Positions 50,185 through 62,358 of a stretch of 64,000 nt of DNA are shown one piece after another. The first letter of the stretch is position 1, and each line of letters begins with the position of its first letter. The translations under genes and the position numbers were made by a program. The DNA is from Hypanus sabinus (lineage: Eukaryota). The notes under the pieces were generated by a model that was not told the DNA's origin, made no database searches, and saw nothing but the letters and a program-made list of their open reading frames with translations. Where the stretch lies: contig NC_082725.1 of assembly GCF_030144855.1 (NCBI RefSeq), positions 26,412,001 to 26,476,000 on the forward strand, in the 5' to 3' direction.

Positions 50185-50312
50185 GGTTCTGCAGCTGCTG
50201 AAAATCCAGAGAAACACACACGCAATGCTGGAGGAACTCAGAAGGTCAAGCAGCGTCTATAGAAATTAATAAACTGTTGGCATTTCGGGCAGAACCCCTT
50301 CATCAGGTCAAC
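50185..50312 (-). mobile_element. Penelope terminal fragment with hammerhead-like core
   Basis: Minus strand CTGATGA-A-GGGGTTCTGCCC-GAAA-TGCC. Confidence 0.7.
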
Positions 50313-51629
50313 AAACTTGGAGATGATGGATTTTGTGCCAGTTCATATGTGGGTTAGCAAGTTTTTGCATGAGTTCAGCTTTATGAAGAAGGATAAACAA
50401 TAAGCAGATCTCAGTTGCCTAAAATAGTTGATATGAGATAATCATGAAGTAGCGCTGGTAGTTCTTCCAACAAATGGCTGTTAGCCATGATGATCATCTG
50501 ACTTTGCTTCTGAGTTGAGAGTTAACGTACCATCATATCGATTGCTCAATTTTGCACTGGCAATCTCCCTCGAGCAGGTACTGTGGATTTAACTTCAGTA
50601 GTGAAGCATGTCAACTATCAAAGTTATGCCAAATACGGAAATAATAATATATACTTATTGATTTTATCTGCAATGTCAAATTATTTCGAAATTTATTTTT
50701 CATGCATCCGGCCACGTACATTAAAGTGCCATAAAGAAGGAAATAAGGATTACACCTGACCTGCCTGTTCTGTCTGTGGAGCTGACAAACCTCTTTTTAA
50801 AAAATACTGGCAGGCTTTAATCATAGCCGATTCAATTTCATGGGACATCAAGGCACTTATATTGAGAGAAGCATTGCTCTGGTAAGTGTAGCAACATCAG
50901 AAATGTGTTCGTGAATTTTTTTGGTGAAACTGTGAACACATCTACAGGTCCAGAGGAAAGGAAAACTGATAACTCAACTAATGCTTTCTCTCACCATCTA
51001 CTCTTGTGACTCTTGTGAAGCATTTATTATAATGTGATATAATAAAAATTTAAAACAACACTTTTTGAGCTGTTGAAGAATAAAAATGCTCCCAAATGTC
51101 GGACAAAATTAGATTATATCAAAAGTAAATTTTAGGACTAATTATCACATATTTCTTCAAAATTGCTCTGATTTGTAGTGCCATCCCACCTTTTACTTCA
51201 GAATTTTTCTTCACTCTTTATGGGATGATGAGTTCATCAATGTACTCTCGTGCATAAGTATAGAAGGTTAGTTGGTATTACCATGTGTGAAACAACTAAA
51301 GGATCCAGAATGGCTTGATGGTAACATCAAAGACGATGCTGATGATTTGTTCTATGATTAGACAGGTTGTCCGTTAGATCCTGATTTCCAAACCTTTTCT
51401 TTGCACTCATGATATTGATAGCTTGTCTCACTTCAATTTCTGGCCAATGATGGTGCGTAATAAACTGTTGCTTGAAGATTTTGTAATGGCTGTAATTTAC
51501 AAAGATGAAATATCAGTTTTTTTGGTACAGGGATTTATAATGCATTGGCTGATTATTTTTGGTGCTAGGTTATACAACAATTACTAATGTTAACTAATCG
51601 ACCAATCCTCAATGTTGAATAAAAAACAA

Positions 51630-52560
51630 AATGTTGCAAGATGTCAATGAGTCAACAAGATTCTGTGGAGGCAATATGTTTAAGTTAACATTTTGGGTCG
51701 AGGTTCGACAACAAGACTGAGAGGATTTCCAGTACATAGTAGTAGAAGGGGGGTGTATGGAATGGAGGCTGCAAGATGAGAGATGGAACCAGATGGTGAT
51801 GGTGAGAAGATAGAACCAGAAAGGGAGACAAAGATGGGAGAAGAAAATTAGTTAGATGGTTAAGTGTGTGTGTGAGGTGAACACAGACAGCATGGGTTAT
51901 GCAAAACTCTATGTTATAAGCTAACCAGGCAGAATATAAGATGTTGTTCTTCCAGTTTAACAATGAAGGAGACAGCAAACAGAACAGTACGGGAGTGGAA
52001 AGGGAAGTCAAGAGGACATGGAACCAAAAACTGAAGATATGGTTGCAAACAGCATGCAGATGCCCTGCAAAATGTTTGCAAATTCTATGCTTGTTTTTAA
52101 CTGTGGTGAACTATGTGCCTGTCGGGACACGCCCCCTGCTGACTGCTCCTGTGGCTCCTCCCACAGGCCCCTGTATAAAGGAGATCTGAGGCCTGACGCT
52201 CGGCCTCAGTCTCCAGGACATTGTATGATAGACACTCATTCCTGGTTCCTTCTTCCAGTCAATAAAAGCCGATATCTCGCCTTACGTCTCAGTGTGAGTT
52301 ATTGATGGTGCATCATTAACGATATACAGAAAGCCACAGTGCAAGCACTGACTGCAGTGGACCAGAAGGGAGGAGGTGAATTTTATCCTCACCTGGAATG
52401 GTTGTTTAGGTCCTTTGATGGTAGTGAGAGGGAAGGTGAAGAGATCCGTACAATTGCAGTGTAAAGTATAAGGGGATGCAAAAAGTTGAATGGGAAGAGA
52501 TGAATGGGCAGGGAGTCTTGAAGAGAGTAATTCTTATGGAAAGCAGAGGAAGGATGATAT
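51630..52560 (-). mobile_element. Degraded Penelope-like fragment hosting a solo LTR
   Basis: LEEQHLIFCLVS-like remnant at about 51925-51955 and purine-rich 3' region. Confidence 0.55.
52102..52315 (+). mobile_element. Solo LTR (214 bp) with 5-bp TSD TTAAC
   Basis: TGTGGTG...GCATCA; TTAAC at 52097-52101 and 52316-52320; internal TATAAA and AATAAA; GC-richer than flanks. Confidence 0.88.
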
Positions 52561-55198
52561 GATTGGTTGCTTCATCATTCCTTTAACATTTAGTTCCAGC
52601 CAATACCTACCAGCCTCTGTCACATTGTCGTCCCTAATCTGGTTCTATTTGTCGATCGTCTTCTCCCCATCTGAGTTCACCTATCATCTACAGCCTCGGT
52701 CAAATTACCTCTGGCGTGTTCTGGCATATGATCCATCAGGACCAGTAGTGTGTGCCGAGACGTAAGCTAAGTCACACATAGACGTAAGCTAAATCACTTC
52801 AGAGATTTGGGATGAAATCCTCTCTATGTCACAGTGAACTGTGGAGATCCCTCAATAAACCAATTTTCCTAAAAGTTTAACCACAGTTAAATTACAAACA
52901 AAATATTGTTTTCTGTTCAAATATGTCAACAGAGGACACTATGTGTATGGCTCTGTTCTCTAATGTCACATTTACCTCTGACTAATTGATTTTGGAAAGT
53001 CTGCCAGCTTTCTACTCGTTAGTCTACTCATTTTATCTGAAAAGTGACTGCAATATGAGGTATCTATGGAAATCACTTCTATGATCAGTGAAAGTAAGGA
53101 TAATTAACTCACTTATTTTGTTGTGTGGTTCATCTTTTGGCTGTTGTAATTCCTATGTTGCATCAATGACAATTTTGTTGGTTGGATGACATTTTGTAAG
53201 TGCAGTATGTCCAACAGAGTATTTTGTTACAAAAACAAAATCAAACTTCAGAGTTAGGATAATCTTTCATGATTCATTTAAGGTAAAAGCTATATCTCAC
53301 ACAGCTACAGAAAACGAAACACTGTCAGCATTAAGACATGATCATGTGATTGGGGAATCTTAAAATTCAGTTCAGCTTAAAATACTTAAGCTGCGTTTTT
53401 TTTTCCTTCTCAGATGCTGTTGGCTTAAGTGTGTTTCCAGTACTTTTTTTTTGGTTTTATTTACAATTTCCAGCATCTGTAAAATTTGGCATTTATACTT
53501 TTTTTAGTTCTGTTCATCTCAAAACACAAAAGCTGGCAAGAAAATAAAATGATAAACAGTAGCATGTCCTGGAAGCATTCTACCATTATGTCAGTGTAGA
53601 GTAAGGTTTGAAAGAGGTTTGAGCAAAAACCCTTTGGGACTGCAAAGAAATGTTGGAGAGATATTTGGCAAAGGTGCAAATTAGTGTTATATTTCTTGGC
53701 CTCCATTACCATAAATTATATTCTAAGCAGAAGGGTAGTAAAACACAGCTTCTGTTGTTCCATGGAGAAATTTGTTTGTGCACACAAGCACAATGAGAAC
53801 AAATGTGCTTCTCGGCTGCATTTAACTATTTTACATGCTGATAGAAATGATAGGAATTTTCATTGAGGTGCAAGTGGATATGTCAAGTTTCAGTATTGAT
53901 AGTAATTTGATATAATACCAGATTGTATGTATATACACATAGCTTTTGCATAATGTTTTGACATTTCAAAATATGTCTGCTGCAGAAAATGTAAACTAAA
54001 GCATAGTACTTAAAACAAAGCATTTAATACCAATGGATAATAAAGTCATTTATATTTTTCGTTGACTGAGACATGTATTGACAAAATAAAGAGGCGACAC
54101 TTCAATGATTTTCAGATCTATTTGCCTAGCATAGCAACTTATTATTTTACTCTTGATCCTATCATCTTGAAGCACAGGATACTCATGCAGGTTTATTATT
54201 ATCTATCACGATAATTAATTGCTGTAATCTAAAGTTAGTGCCCTTTCTCCACATCACCGAAAATCTTTATATAGTATTAGACATATTTTCCATTGACATT
54301 TTAAATACGTTCTCCCTAACTATGGTGTCAATATGATATGATAGCTTAATTATTAGAGGAATTGAAAATAACATGTTACCCTTTCAGGATTCTAAAATAA
54401 CACGGCCAGTAAATCTTGTTTTCTTGCCTTCTTATTTCATATACACCGCTAAACTTCACTTTGAAACAATTACTTTGTTAGACACAATTACTTTTATATC
54501 AATGATGTGAACAGTTCAAGACACTTAAGAAGTGTCAAATGGCCTGTTTATCAGCAGATTATTATTTTACTGTGCTGCTAGCAGGAATAATGTAGCGAGA
54601 TATGTTTACAGCAAGTTAACGGCCTAATCCACATCCGGATTTTGCCAGGGGCACTAGTTTCATTATTAATAACTATATGGTCAGTCGGAGCAGGGAACCA
54701 GGCTTTCAATGTCAGAATCGGAGATCAAGCCTAACTTGCATTTTGGAAAACTAGACTGGATTTTGATTATGCACCAGTGCATTAGAGATTTAAATTGTTC
54801 AGGAAAGGTATAAGACATTGGAATCTGCTGAATTTGAAGTAGCAAGCGCTCTTATTCCCTGAAGCTGCTTTGATCTTTTCCTTTGTCACTTTACCGTAAT
54901 GAATCAGTGGAGAGGCACATAACTAATTTGCAGGTTCATCAAAGGTGATATGCAGAAAAAATATCAGGGGAAAATTGCGAGAATTTCTACACAAATATCA
55001 ACTTGTATTTCAGATAATAAAACTAATTGAGCAAAGTAATTTCTTTCCCAGTATATGTACCTCATGATATTGAATGCTCTCAGTGAGCATAAGGGTCAAT
55101 TTGCAATCTGGCACTCTTAACCAGGAACACAATTGTGTGAACGAATTCTCAGAATTTGCAAGTATATATTTTCAATTATGTATTCCCATAAGAATTTA

Positions 55199-55560
55199 GG
55201 CTGACTATTCCATGCAACACTGAGGGTCTGTCAAAGGTACTGTCTTTCCGATGAGACATTTAACCTCAAGCCCCATCTGCTCTCTCAGGCTAACATTAAT
55301 GATTTCAAGGCACTAAATGACAGAGGAGCAGGAGAAGTACACAAGAATCATGCAAAATTTCTCTCTCACTCGATTCCTAAATCACGCTGCCTGGACATAA
55401 TTTTTTTGCCGCTACTAAGAGCTTATTATGCAGGAGTTTGCTAATGCTTTTCTAAAATTGCAACCGTGGTTGCAAAGAGCCTTCTTCACCTGCAAAGTAC
55501 TTTGGGAATTCCAGAAATCTGATACGGAATTTGTTTTGTAAGTACTTCATTCTTTCTTTC
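55199..55560 (+). mobile_element. DeuSINE (SacSINE1/AmnSINE1-like)
   Basis: TGTCTTTCCGATGAGACATTTAACC..CCCCATCTGCTCTCTCAGG matches the recalled Deu domain; tail AAAGTACTTTGGGA..TTCTTTCTTTC. Confidence 0.7.
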
Positions 55561-55970
55561 TGTGAACACTGCTTCCCACTGGGAATGTCAAATTACATAA
55601 TAGCTAATACTGGACTAAATTTTGTGTTCTAGTCAAAGAAAGAGCTGACGTATATAAACAGTCATTGAGTCTTAACAGCTATAACAATAGCACATATTTC
55701 AACTATTCAATGCATTCGTTAATTTTTTTCTTATTCCAAAGACATTAAAGTACTGTGTAAAAGTCTTAGGGTTGTGTATATATTTAATAGCTAGCTAGGG
55801 TGCCTGACTGTAGTAATTTTATGTATTGCACTGAACTGCTGCAAAAAAACTTTCTATATCAGAATCAGTTATCAGTTTTAATAACACCAACATATGTCAT
55901 GAGATTTGTTGTTTCTGGCCGCAATATAATGAATAAATAATAAAAGAGAAAAAAAACCGTGAATTACATT

Positions 55971-55972
<2 letters not shown>

Positions 55973-56004
<32 letters not shown>
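55973..56004. repeat. (GT)16 microsatellite
   Basis: Read directly from the sequence. Confidence 0.97.
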
Positions 56005-56006
<2 letters not shown>

Positions 56007-56180
56007 TGCCTATAAAAATAATTCATCCCTTTGGAAGTTTTCATGTTTTATTGTTTTACAACATTGAATGACACTGGATTTAATTTGTCTTTTTTGACAC
56101 TGATCTACAGAAAAAGATTCTTTTATGTCAGAGGGAAAATGGATCTCTACAAAGTGATCTAAAATAATTACAAATATAAA
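56003..56180. mobile_element. Tc1/mariner terminal fragment
   Basis: TTGCCTATAAAAATAATTCATCCCTTTGGAAGTTTTCATG resembles recalled Tc1 TIR starts (CAGTGCC..AAAAGTATTCACCCCCTTG); only one end present. Confidence 0.6.
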
Positions 56181-56579
56181 ATGGTTAAATTAAATAGGTA
56201 GTGCAAAAAATAGAAATAAAAAATAGCGAGGTAGTGTTCATCGGTTCATTGTCCAATCAGAAATCAGATAGCAGAGAGGAAGAAGCGGTTCCTGAATCAT
56301 TGCGTGGTTGCTTTCCGTATCTCTTTCCTGATGGTAGTAATGAGAAGAGGGTATGTCCTGGGTCATGTGGTTCCTTAATGATGGACTCCAACTTTTTGAG
56401 GCATCACTCCTTGGAGATTTTGTGGATACAATGGAAGTTAGTGCCCATGATGGAGGTGTATGAGTTTACAGCTCTCCGTTACTTACTGTGAGTGATGATA
56501 AAACCTACTCTGATATGTGAGTGATGATATGGGTTTCTGTTGTGGACTGAGAGTTGGAAGGGGGCAAGGTGAGGGGGAT

Positions 56580-56902
56580 TAATAGGCATCGTTAGTCTTG
56601 TGAAACCATGGATTTGCGCCTTGGAAGGTTTCCAGGGTGCAGGCCTGGGCAGAGTTGTATGGGAGACCAGCAGTTACCCAAGATGCAAGCCTTCCCCTCT
56701 CCACACCACCGATGTTGTCCAAGGGAAGGGCACTAGGACCCAAGCAGCTTGGCAACGGTGTCGTCGCATAACAATGCATTGTTAACAACACATTATTAAG
56801 TGCCTTGCTCAAGGACACAACACACTGCCTCAGCTGAGGCTCGAACCAGTGACCTTCAGGTCACTAGACCGATGCCTTATCCACTAGGCCACGCGCCAAC
56901 AC
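56580..56902 (-). mobile_element. tRNA-derived CORE-type SINE with about 12-bp TSD
   Basis: A box TGGCCTAGTGG (56881-56891); B box GGTTCGAGCC (56838-56847); core GTGTCCTTGAGCAAGGCACTTAA; flanks GGTGAGGGGGAT and GGTGAGGGGAAT. Confidence 0.85.
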
Positions 56903-57190
56903 GGTGAGGGGAATAATGGACGTGAAAGGGGGCGAGGAAGTGAGGGGGAGAGAGCAGGAAGCATCAGGGAGACAGTCTGTATAATCCATAAACCAAATGT
57001 TTGGAATCAAATGACCTTGCCTTATGTCTCAGGGCTTATTGTGTCTGCACCCACACCTCCTCCCACTCCTGGCACTCCTTCTCTGCCATCTGTTCCACAC
57101 ACCTACCATGGCCCTGCACTCTTGCCATTCCAAGCATCCTTCACTCCCAGAAGGTGTACAGACTTGCTATCCACTCTACAATGACAAATA

Positions 57191-57257
57191 CAGTTCTGTG
57201 GAAAAGTCTTCGGCACCCAACCTATATGTATGTGCCTAATACTTTTGCACAGTGCTA
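57191..57257. mobile_element. 67-bp MITE with 26-bp imperfect TIRs and TA flanks
   Basis: CAGTTCTGTGGAAAAGTCTTCGGCAC and GTGCCTAATACTTTTGCACAGTGCTA (20/26 complementary); related partial copy near 55749. Confidence 0.7.
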
Positions 57258-58289
57258 TATATTCTCCGGTTGCCAATGGAAAAGTGCATGGACATTATAG
57301 TCAAAGTATTCTCTACAGGAAGTCCTCCAGTCTTCATGATCAGGGATAGAAAATCACCCTATTAAAAGAGATGCTATGATTTTATTTATTGTTCACTCAG
57401 ATACATTTCTGTCATAATGCAGGGTTCATACTAACTTGAAGCCAGTTGCCATAAGCATGTAAGCTTCCCTTGGATTCACCATCATTGTTATATTTTCTTC
57501 TGATATAGAAGGAGACCATATGATCCATTAAATCTATACAGGTTCCTAGAGATTTTATATCAACCCCATTCTCTCATTTTTCCTTGGAAGAGATTGTTTC
57601 TCACATGCCCGTCAACTTCCTCCAACTTTCGGGCACAAAGCTGCATGCCAGTTTGGTTGCCAATTAACCTATCAATGAGTGCATCCCTGGGGCGTTTAGA
57701 TTCAGATTTATTTATCACACATACGTGGAAACATACAGTGAAAAGCATCACTTGTGTTAACAATCAACACAACCTGAGGACGTGCTGGGGACAGTCAGCA
57801 AGTATCACCACACATTCTGGCACCAACATAGCAGGCCCACAATGCTTGTCAGAACCACACACATCACAACAAGCAACAAAACAGCAATTGCAAAGCAGGC
57901 CCCTAGCTTTCTCCACCCACCCCACACATAAGGACACAAGAGGAAACCAGAGAATCAACGGAATAACCATGCAGTCACAGGCACAAACTTCACACAGATG
58001 GCACCCGAGCTCTGAATTGAACCCAAAAACCGAAGCTGCACCTTCAACTGCTGCATCATTGTGCTGCCCAAAAGGGGAATGAAAGGCAACATTTGCTGTT
58101 TTGAATTATGTACTTCAAGAATGCCGGAGAGTAGATAACACCTAAATAAGTCTCTCAGCTTCCAAATGAAATGGGGTAGAGGCCAGGAGTAGATTTGCTG
58201 TGAATTAGAATAAGGCCATAATGAGGAACATGATTGAGAAATACAACATTCAAAGTTGTCCAACTGTTCAATGAAACATGGCCTTCAGA

Positions 58290-59490
58290 TCTCACTGACT
58301 CACCACCCAGCCTTGGATCACCTGGAGAATACAAAGATCTAGCTCAGGATGCTGTCTATTGACTGCCACTCAGTGTTTAATACTGTCCTTCCTACATTGG
58401 TTGAAAAGTTCCAGAACTTGGGCCTCTGTACCTCTCTCTGCATATAGATCCTTGAGTTCTTAGCCATAATCTGTATGGATTGGAAGTAACATCTCCACCT
58501 CACTGACAATCAGCACTGCTGAAACTCAGTGATGTGTGCTTAGCCCATTGCTTTACCCATGACTGTGTGGCTCGGCACAGCTCAAATGCCATCTATAAAT
58601 TTGCCGATGATACAATCATTGTTGGCAGAAAATCTCAGGTTGTGATGAGAGGAGTGAGATATACCAGCTAGCTGAGCAGAGTCGCAGCGACAAGCTTGCA
58701 CTCAGTGTCATTAAGACAAGAGAACTGATTGTGGATTTCAGAAAGAGTAAGGCAAGGGAACAAACACCAGTCCTCATAAAGGGATCAGAAGCAGAGTGAG
58801 AAATTTCACGTTCCTGGGTGTCAATATCTCTGATGACCTAACCTGGACCCAACATATCAAAGCAGCTATAAAGAAAGCAAGACAGCAGCTATACTTCATT
58901 AGGAGTTTGAGGAGATTTGGTATGTCATCTAAAACACTGGCAAATTTCTACGCATATACCATGGAGGGCACTCTAATTGGCTGCATTGCTATCTCGTATG
59001 GGGGAGGGGGCTGTAGTGCGACAATTGCAGAGGATAGAAGTAATCTGCAGAGAGTTATACAAGTAGTTAGTTCCATAATGGGTGCTAGCTTCTGTAGTAT
59101 CATAGACATTTTCTAGGAGCAATGCTTCAGAAAGGCGACGTCCATCATTAAGGACCCATACCACCCAGGGCATGCCCTCTTCTCATCGCTACCATCAGGT
59201 ACAGAAACCTGAACATGCACACTCAGTGATTGAGGAACAGCTTCTTCCCCTCCACCGTCTGATTTCTCAATGGATATTGAACCCACAAACAGTACCTCAC
59301 TATTTTTTGTATTTCCTATTTTTGTATTACTAATTTAATTTAACTATTTAATATGTATAAATATATGCTTACTGTAATTCACAGTTTTGTTTTCCCCTCT
59401 TTTATTATGTATTGCATTGCCCTGCTGCAGCAAAGTTAACAAATTTCAAGACATATGCTGCTGATATTAAAACTGATTCTGTTTCTGATT
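58290..59490 (+). mobile_element. Rex1/Babar-type LINE (RT remnant to 3' end)
   Basis: AIYKFADDTIIVG; ORF 58796-59116 FLGVNISDDLTW..KKARQQLYFIRSLRRFG; tail CTGATTCTG. Confidence 0.87.
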
Positions 59491-61169
59491 TCTTCATTGC
59501 CCAAAGTTGATGTACAATCTTGAATATACACAATTATTCATCATTCAGAGCCTTCAAGACTAGAGCATTCCAAAGATTCACTATCTTCTTTTCTCATCTA
59601 TCCTGTAATAGTAACCTATTATTCAGAGACGGATCCTTGCATCTTGACTCCTCAGCCTACGGAATTAGTATCTATCTCCTGAAGCCCTTCAAGAAGCTTA
59701 TGTATTTTAGTGATATCAACTTTTAGTTCTTCTAAATACTACAAAGTATTGGCCCAGAATTTCCTGAGGGGATAACACATGACATTTTTGCCAAATTCAA
59801 CTCTGAGAAAGAAAGAGGTTTATAAAGGGAGAAAATTAACTACCAAGTTTTTTCATCTGAGCATTTCTGGTTTAATCTCTCCACTGCTAATGATTATGGT
59901 GTTAACTACCAGGTACTGAATATCTGGAGTTCTCTCCATAAATCCTTCCCAATATCTCCATGTCCTCCTTGACATAATTTTGATGAAATCTTTTGCAATC
60001 AGCCTTTTGATTATTTGCCTTAATAGCATCTCATAGTAATAATTAATTTTGAAGCTTTTGGGATGTTTTATTGGATTATAGATGATCTAGAGATATGAAT
60101 TATTATTTGATTCTTAATATTGAGTCATGAAGCCATAGAGTTGTGCAGCACAAAAATAGACCCTTCAGACCAATTTATCTATTTTGATCTTTTTGTTCAT
60201 CTACACTAACTCACTAGCCCACATTGGGATTGCACTCTCCTATGCCTTGCCTACTTAACTGCCTGTCTAACTGCCTGTTAAATGTAGTACTGGAAGCAAA
60301 TTAATCAACTCAGTCTAAAGAGCAATTAATATTGTTTACTTTGCTGTCTGCATGCCATGCTCTCGGAACCCTTGATTAGCCTGAGAATATCTTCCCAGAA
60401 TCAATGCATTCACTAAGTCATGTACTGAATACTTTCAGATACTCAAGCAATGGATCAGAGATAAACTGCAATATTTTTTTTGTAAAGCTGTGATGGGAAA
60501 TTATTGCAGTACAATATACTATCTTGCTCTTCTACTCATTATAATGCTGTTAGATTGTTCCTTAACACATGAAATGCAGTTCCTCTCCAGGATATTTTAT
60601 TACATGACAAGGACTGATGAACCTTGTGCTTCTGAACTCCTTAATGTAGCTTCAGAATACGTGTCTCAGCACTCAAGAACCATTAAAGAAGCATGGGATT
60701 ATTAGCTGTGAAAGGTTACTGAAGTCATAATTTATTAATTCACATATATAATGTTCTTGTGAGCAACCATAATCTTCAAGGCAGGCAGTACATTTGAAAA
60801 TTACACATTTCAGAACATAAGAGCTTATGATGAAAGAATCAAGGAGTGAAGCCCATGTCACAGGATGCTTCATTTTTGATTTATCTTTCCATGAAGGCAT
60901 TATTGATATCACAAACCGTTAGAGTTGTGCAGCATAGAAATAGGCCCTGTGACTTATTGCAACTTTGTTGACGAATATGTCTATCTACTCTAATCCCATT
61001 TGCCTGAATTAATTCCCTATCATCTGTCCAGATGTCTGCTAAATATTGTTACTGTTCCTTCTCTGCATCCTCTTCTGACACTTAATTCCGGTTACTCTTT
61101 ATGAGAAAAAATTATCCTGCATAATCTGTTTAAACTTCCCCATTTTAAAGCAATTCCCTTTAATTTTCA

Positions 61170-61510
61170 AGCAACACACACAAAATGCTGGAGGAACTCG
61201 GTAGGCTAGGCAACATCTATGGAAAAGAGTACATTCGACATTTCAGGCCAGATCCTTCAGCAGGACCAGAGAAAAAGAATGAGTGACTCAGAGTAAAAGG
61301 GTGGTGGGAGGGGAGAGAGGAGATAGGTGAAACCAGAAGTGGAGGGGGAGGGGGAAGGGTGAAGTAAAAAGTTTGGAAGTTGATTCATGAATGAGATACT
61401 GGGCTAGAGAAGGCGGAATCTAATAGGAGAGGACAGGAAGCCATGGAAGAAAGAAAAAGGGGAAAGAGTACCAGAGGAAGGCAATAGGCAGGCAAGGAGA
61501 TAAGGTGAGT
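61170..61510 (-). mobile_element. Penelope terminal fragment inside a degraded CR1
   Basis: CACACAAAATGCTGGAGGAACTC plus a mutated hammerhead and purine-rich body. Confidence 0.7.
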
Positions 61511-61729
61511 TTTCAACACCCTTATAGGGGGAAAAGACTCTAGCTATATGTTTTATTTCTGCTTCTTTTCATTTTATGTATAATTTTAGATATCTCTTTC
61601 ATGACACCTTCCAGCCTCCTTCATCCATAAGGAAAACAGATCTTGCTTATGTAATTTCTCCTGATAACTCAAGCCCTCCAATCCAGACAAAATCCTAGCG
61701 ACTCTCAAGTTTAAATACATTATAGTGTG

Positions 61730-62358
61730 GTTCAAGTTCAAGTTTAATTGTCACTCAACCACACATTCAATGCAGCCAAATGAAACAGCATTCCTCCGGG
61801 GCCAAGGTGTACTATGTTGTACCAGATAAAGACGAGCACAATCCAACTCATCTTCCACTGAGCGAACATGGATGGGAGCGGTCAGCCACCAAATCTTCTA
61901 GCTCTTATCCACACCGGTTCCAGAGTCTCTTTTCCTGGTGGCAGCAGCTGGTGACCCCCACAGCACGATGGCCTGGTCTGCACAACAAGCAACTCCCCTG
62001 CTGTTAGGTCTTGCCAAAGAACTTCTGAACCATGCTTGCAGAATTCTACGGTACCGATGTCCAACAGGGTCTTGCAATAATAAGAAATAATGTCCAGCAC
62101 AGTAATTTGCCCTGTTTGTTGGACCGCACACTGCCTCCAATGCCTTCCTCCTTGGGTGGCTGTAGCCACCAGCAGCACGGTGTGCAGCAAGTCCAAACCC
62201 ACCACCATTGAGCAGCTCGTCAGTGGGACAGATTTTCAGCGTTCGAAGTTCTCTAGATCCAGCTGCATCCTGTAATCACACAAAAGATGCAAAGGAGAAA
62301 CAATTGCACCTTTGTTTGGACCCAGAGAGACCACTATGACTGAGCACGCCACCATCTT
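61730..62358 (-). mobile_element. Short non-autonomous Rex1-like element (5' region joined to 3' tail)
   Basis: Minus strand starts AAGATGGTGGCG and ends AAACTTGAACTTGAA; no RT between. Confidence 0.5.

Larger units (their letters stand above)
55860..56490 (-). mobile_element. Rex1/Babar 3' fragment containing (GT)n and a Tc1 end
   Basis: CAGAATCAG tail; reverse-complement DPGHTLFSLLPSGKRY remnant at about 56310-56370. Confidence 0.7.

Noticed and set aside
56488-56530. TGATGA...CTGA resembling a C/D-box snoRNA
   Set aside because: Too short, no terminal stem, and it matches the Rex1 3' tail motif seen at other copies.
56830-56902. tRNA gene
   Set aside because: A and B boxes are present but there is no acceptor stem; it continues into a SINE core and has a TSD.
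57594-58082. 162-aa ORF
   Set aside because: Spans SINE-like repeat fragments; no domain or splice support.
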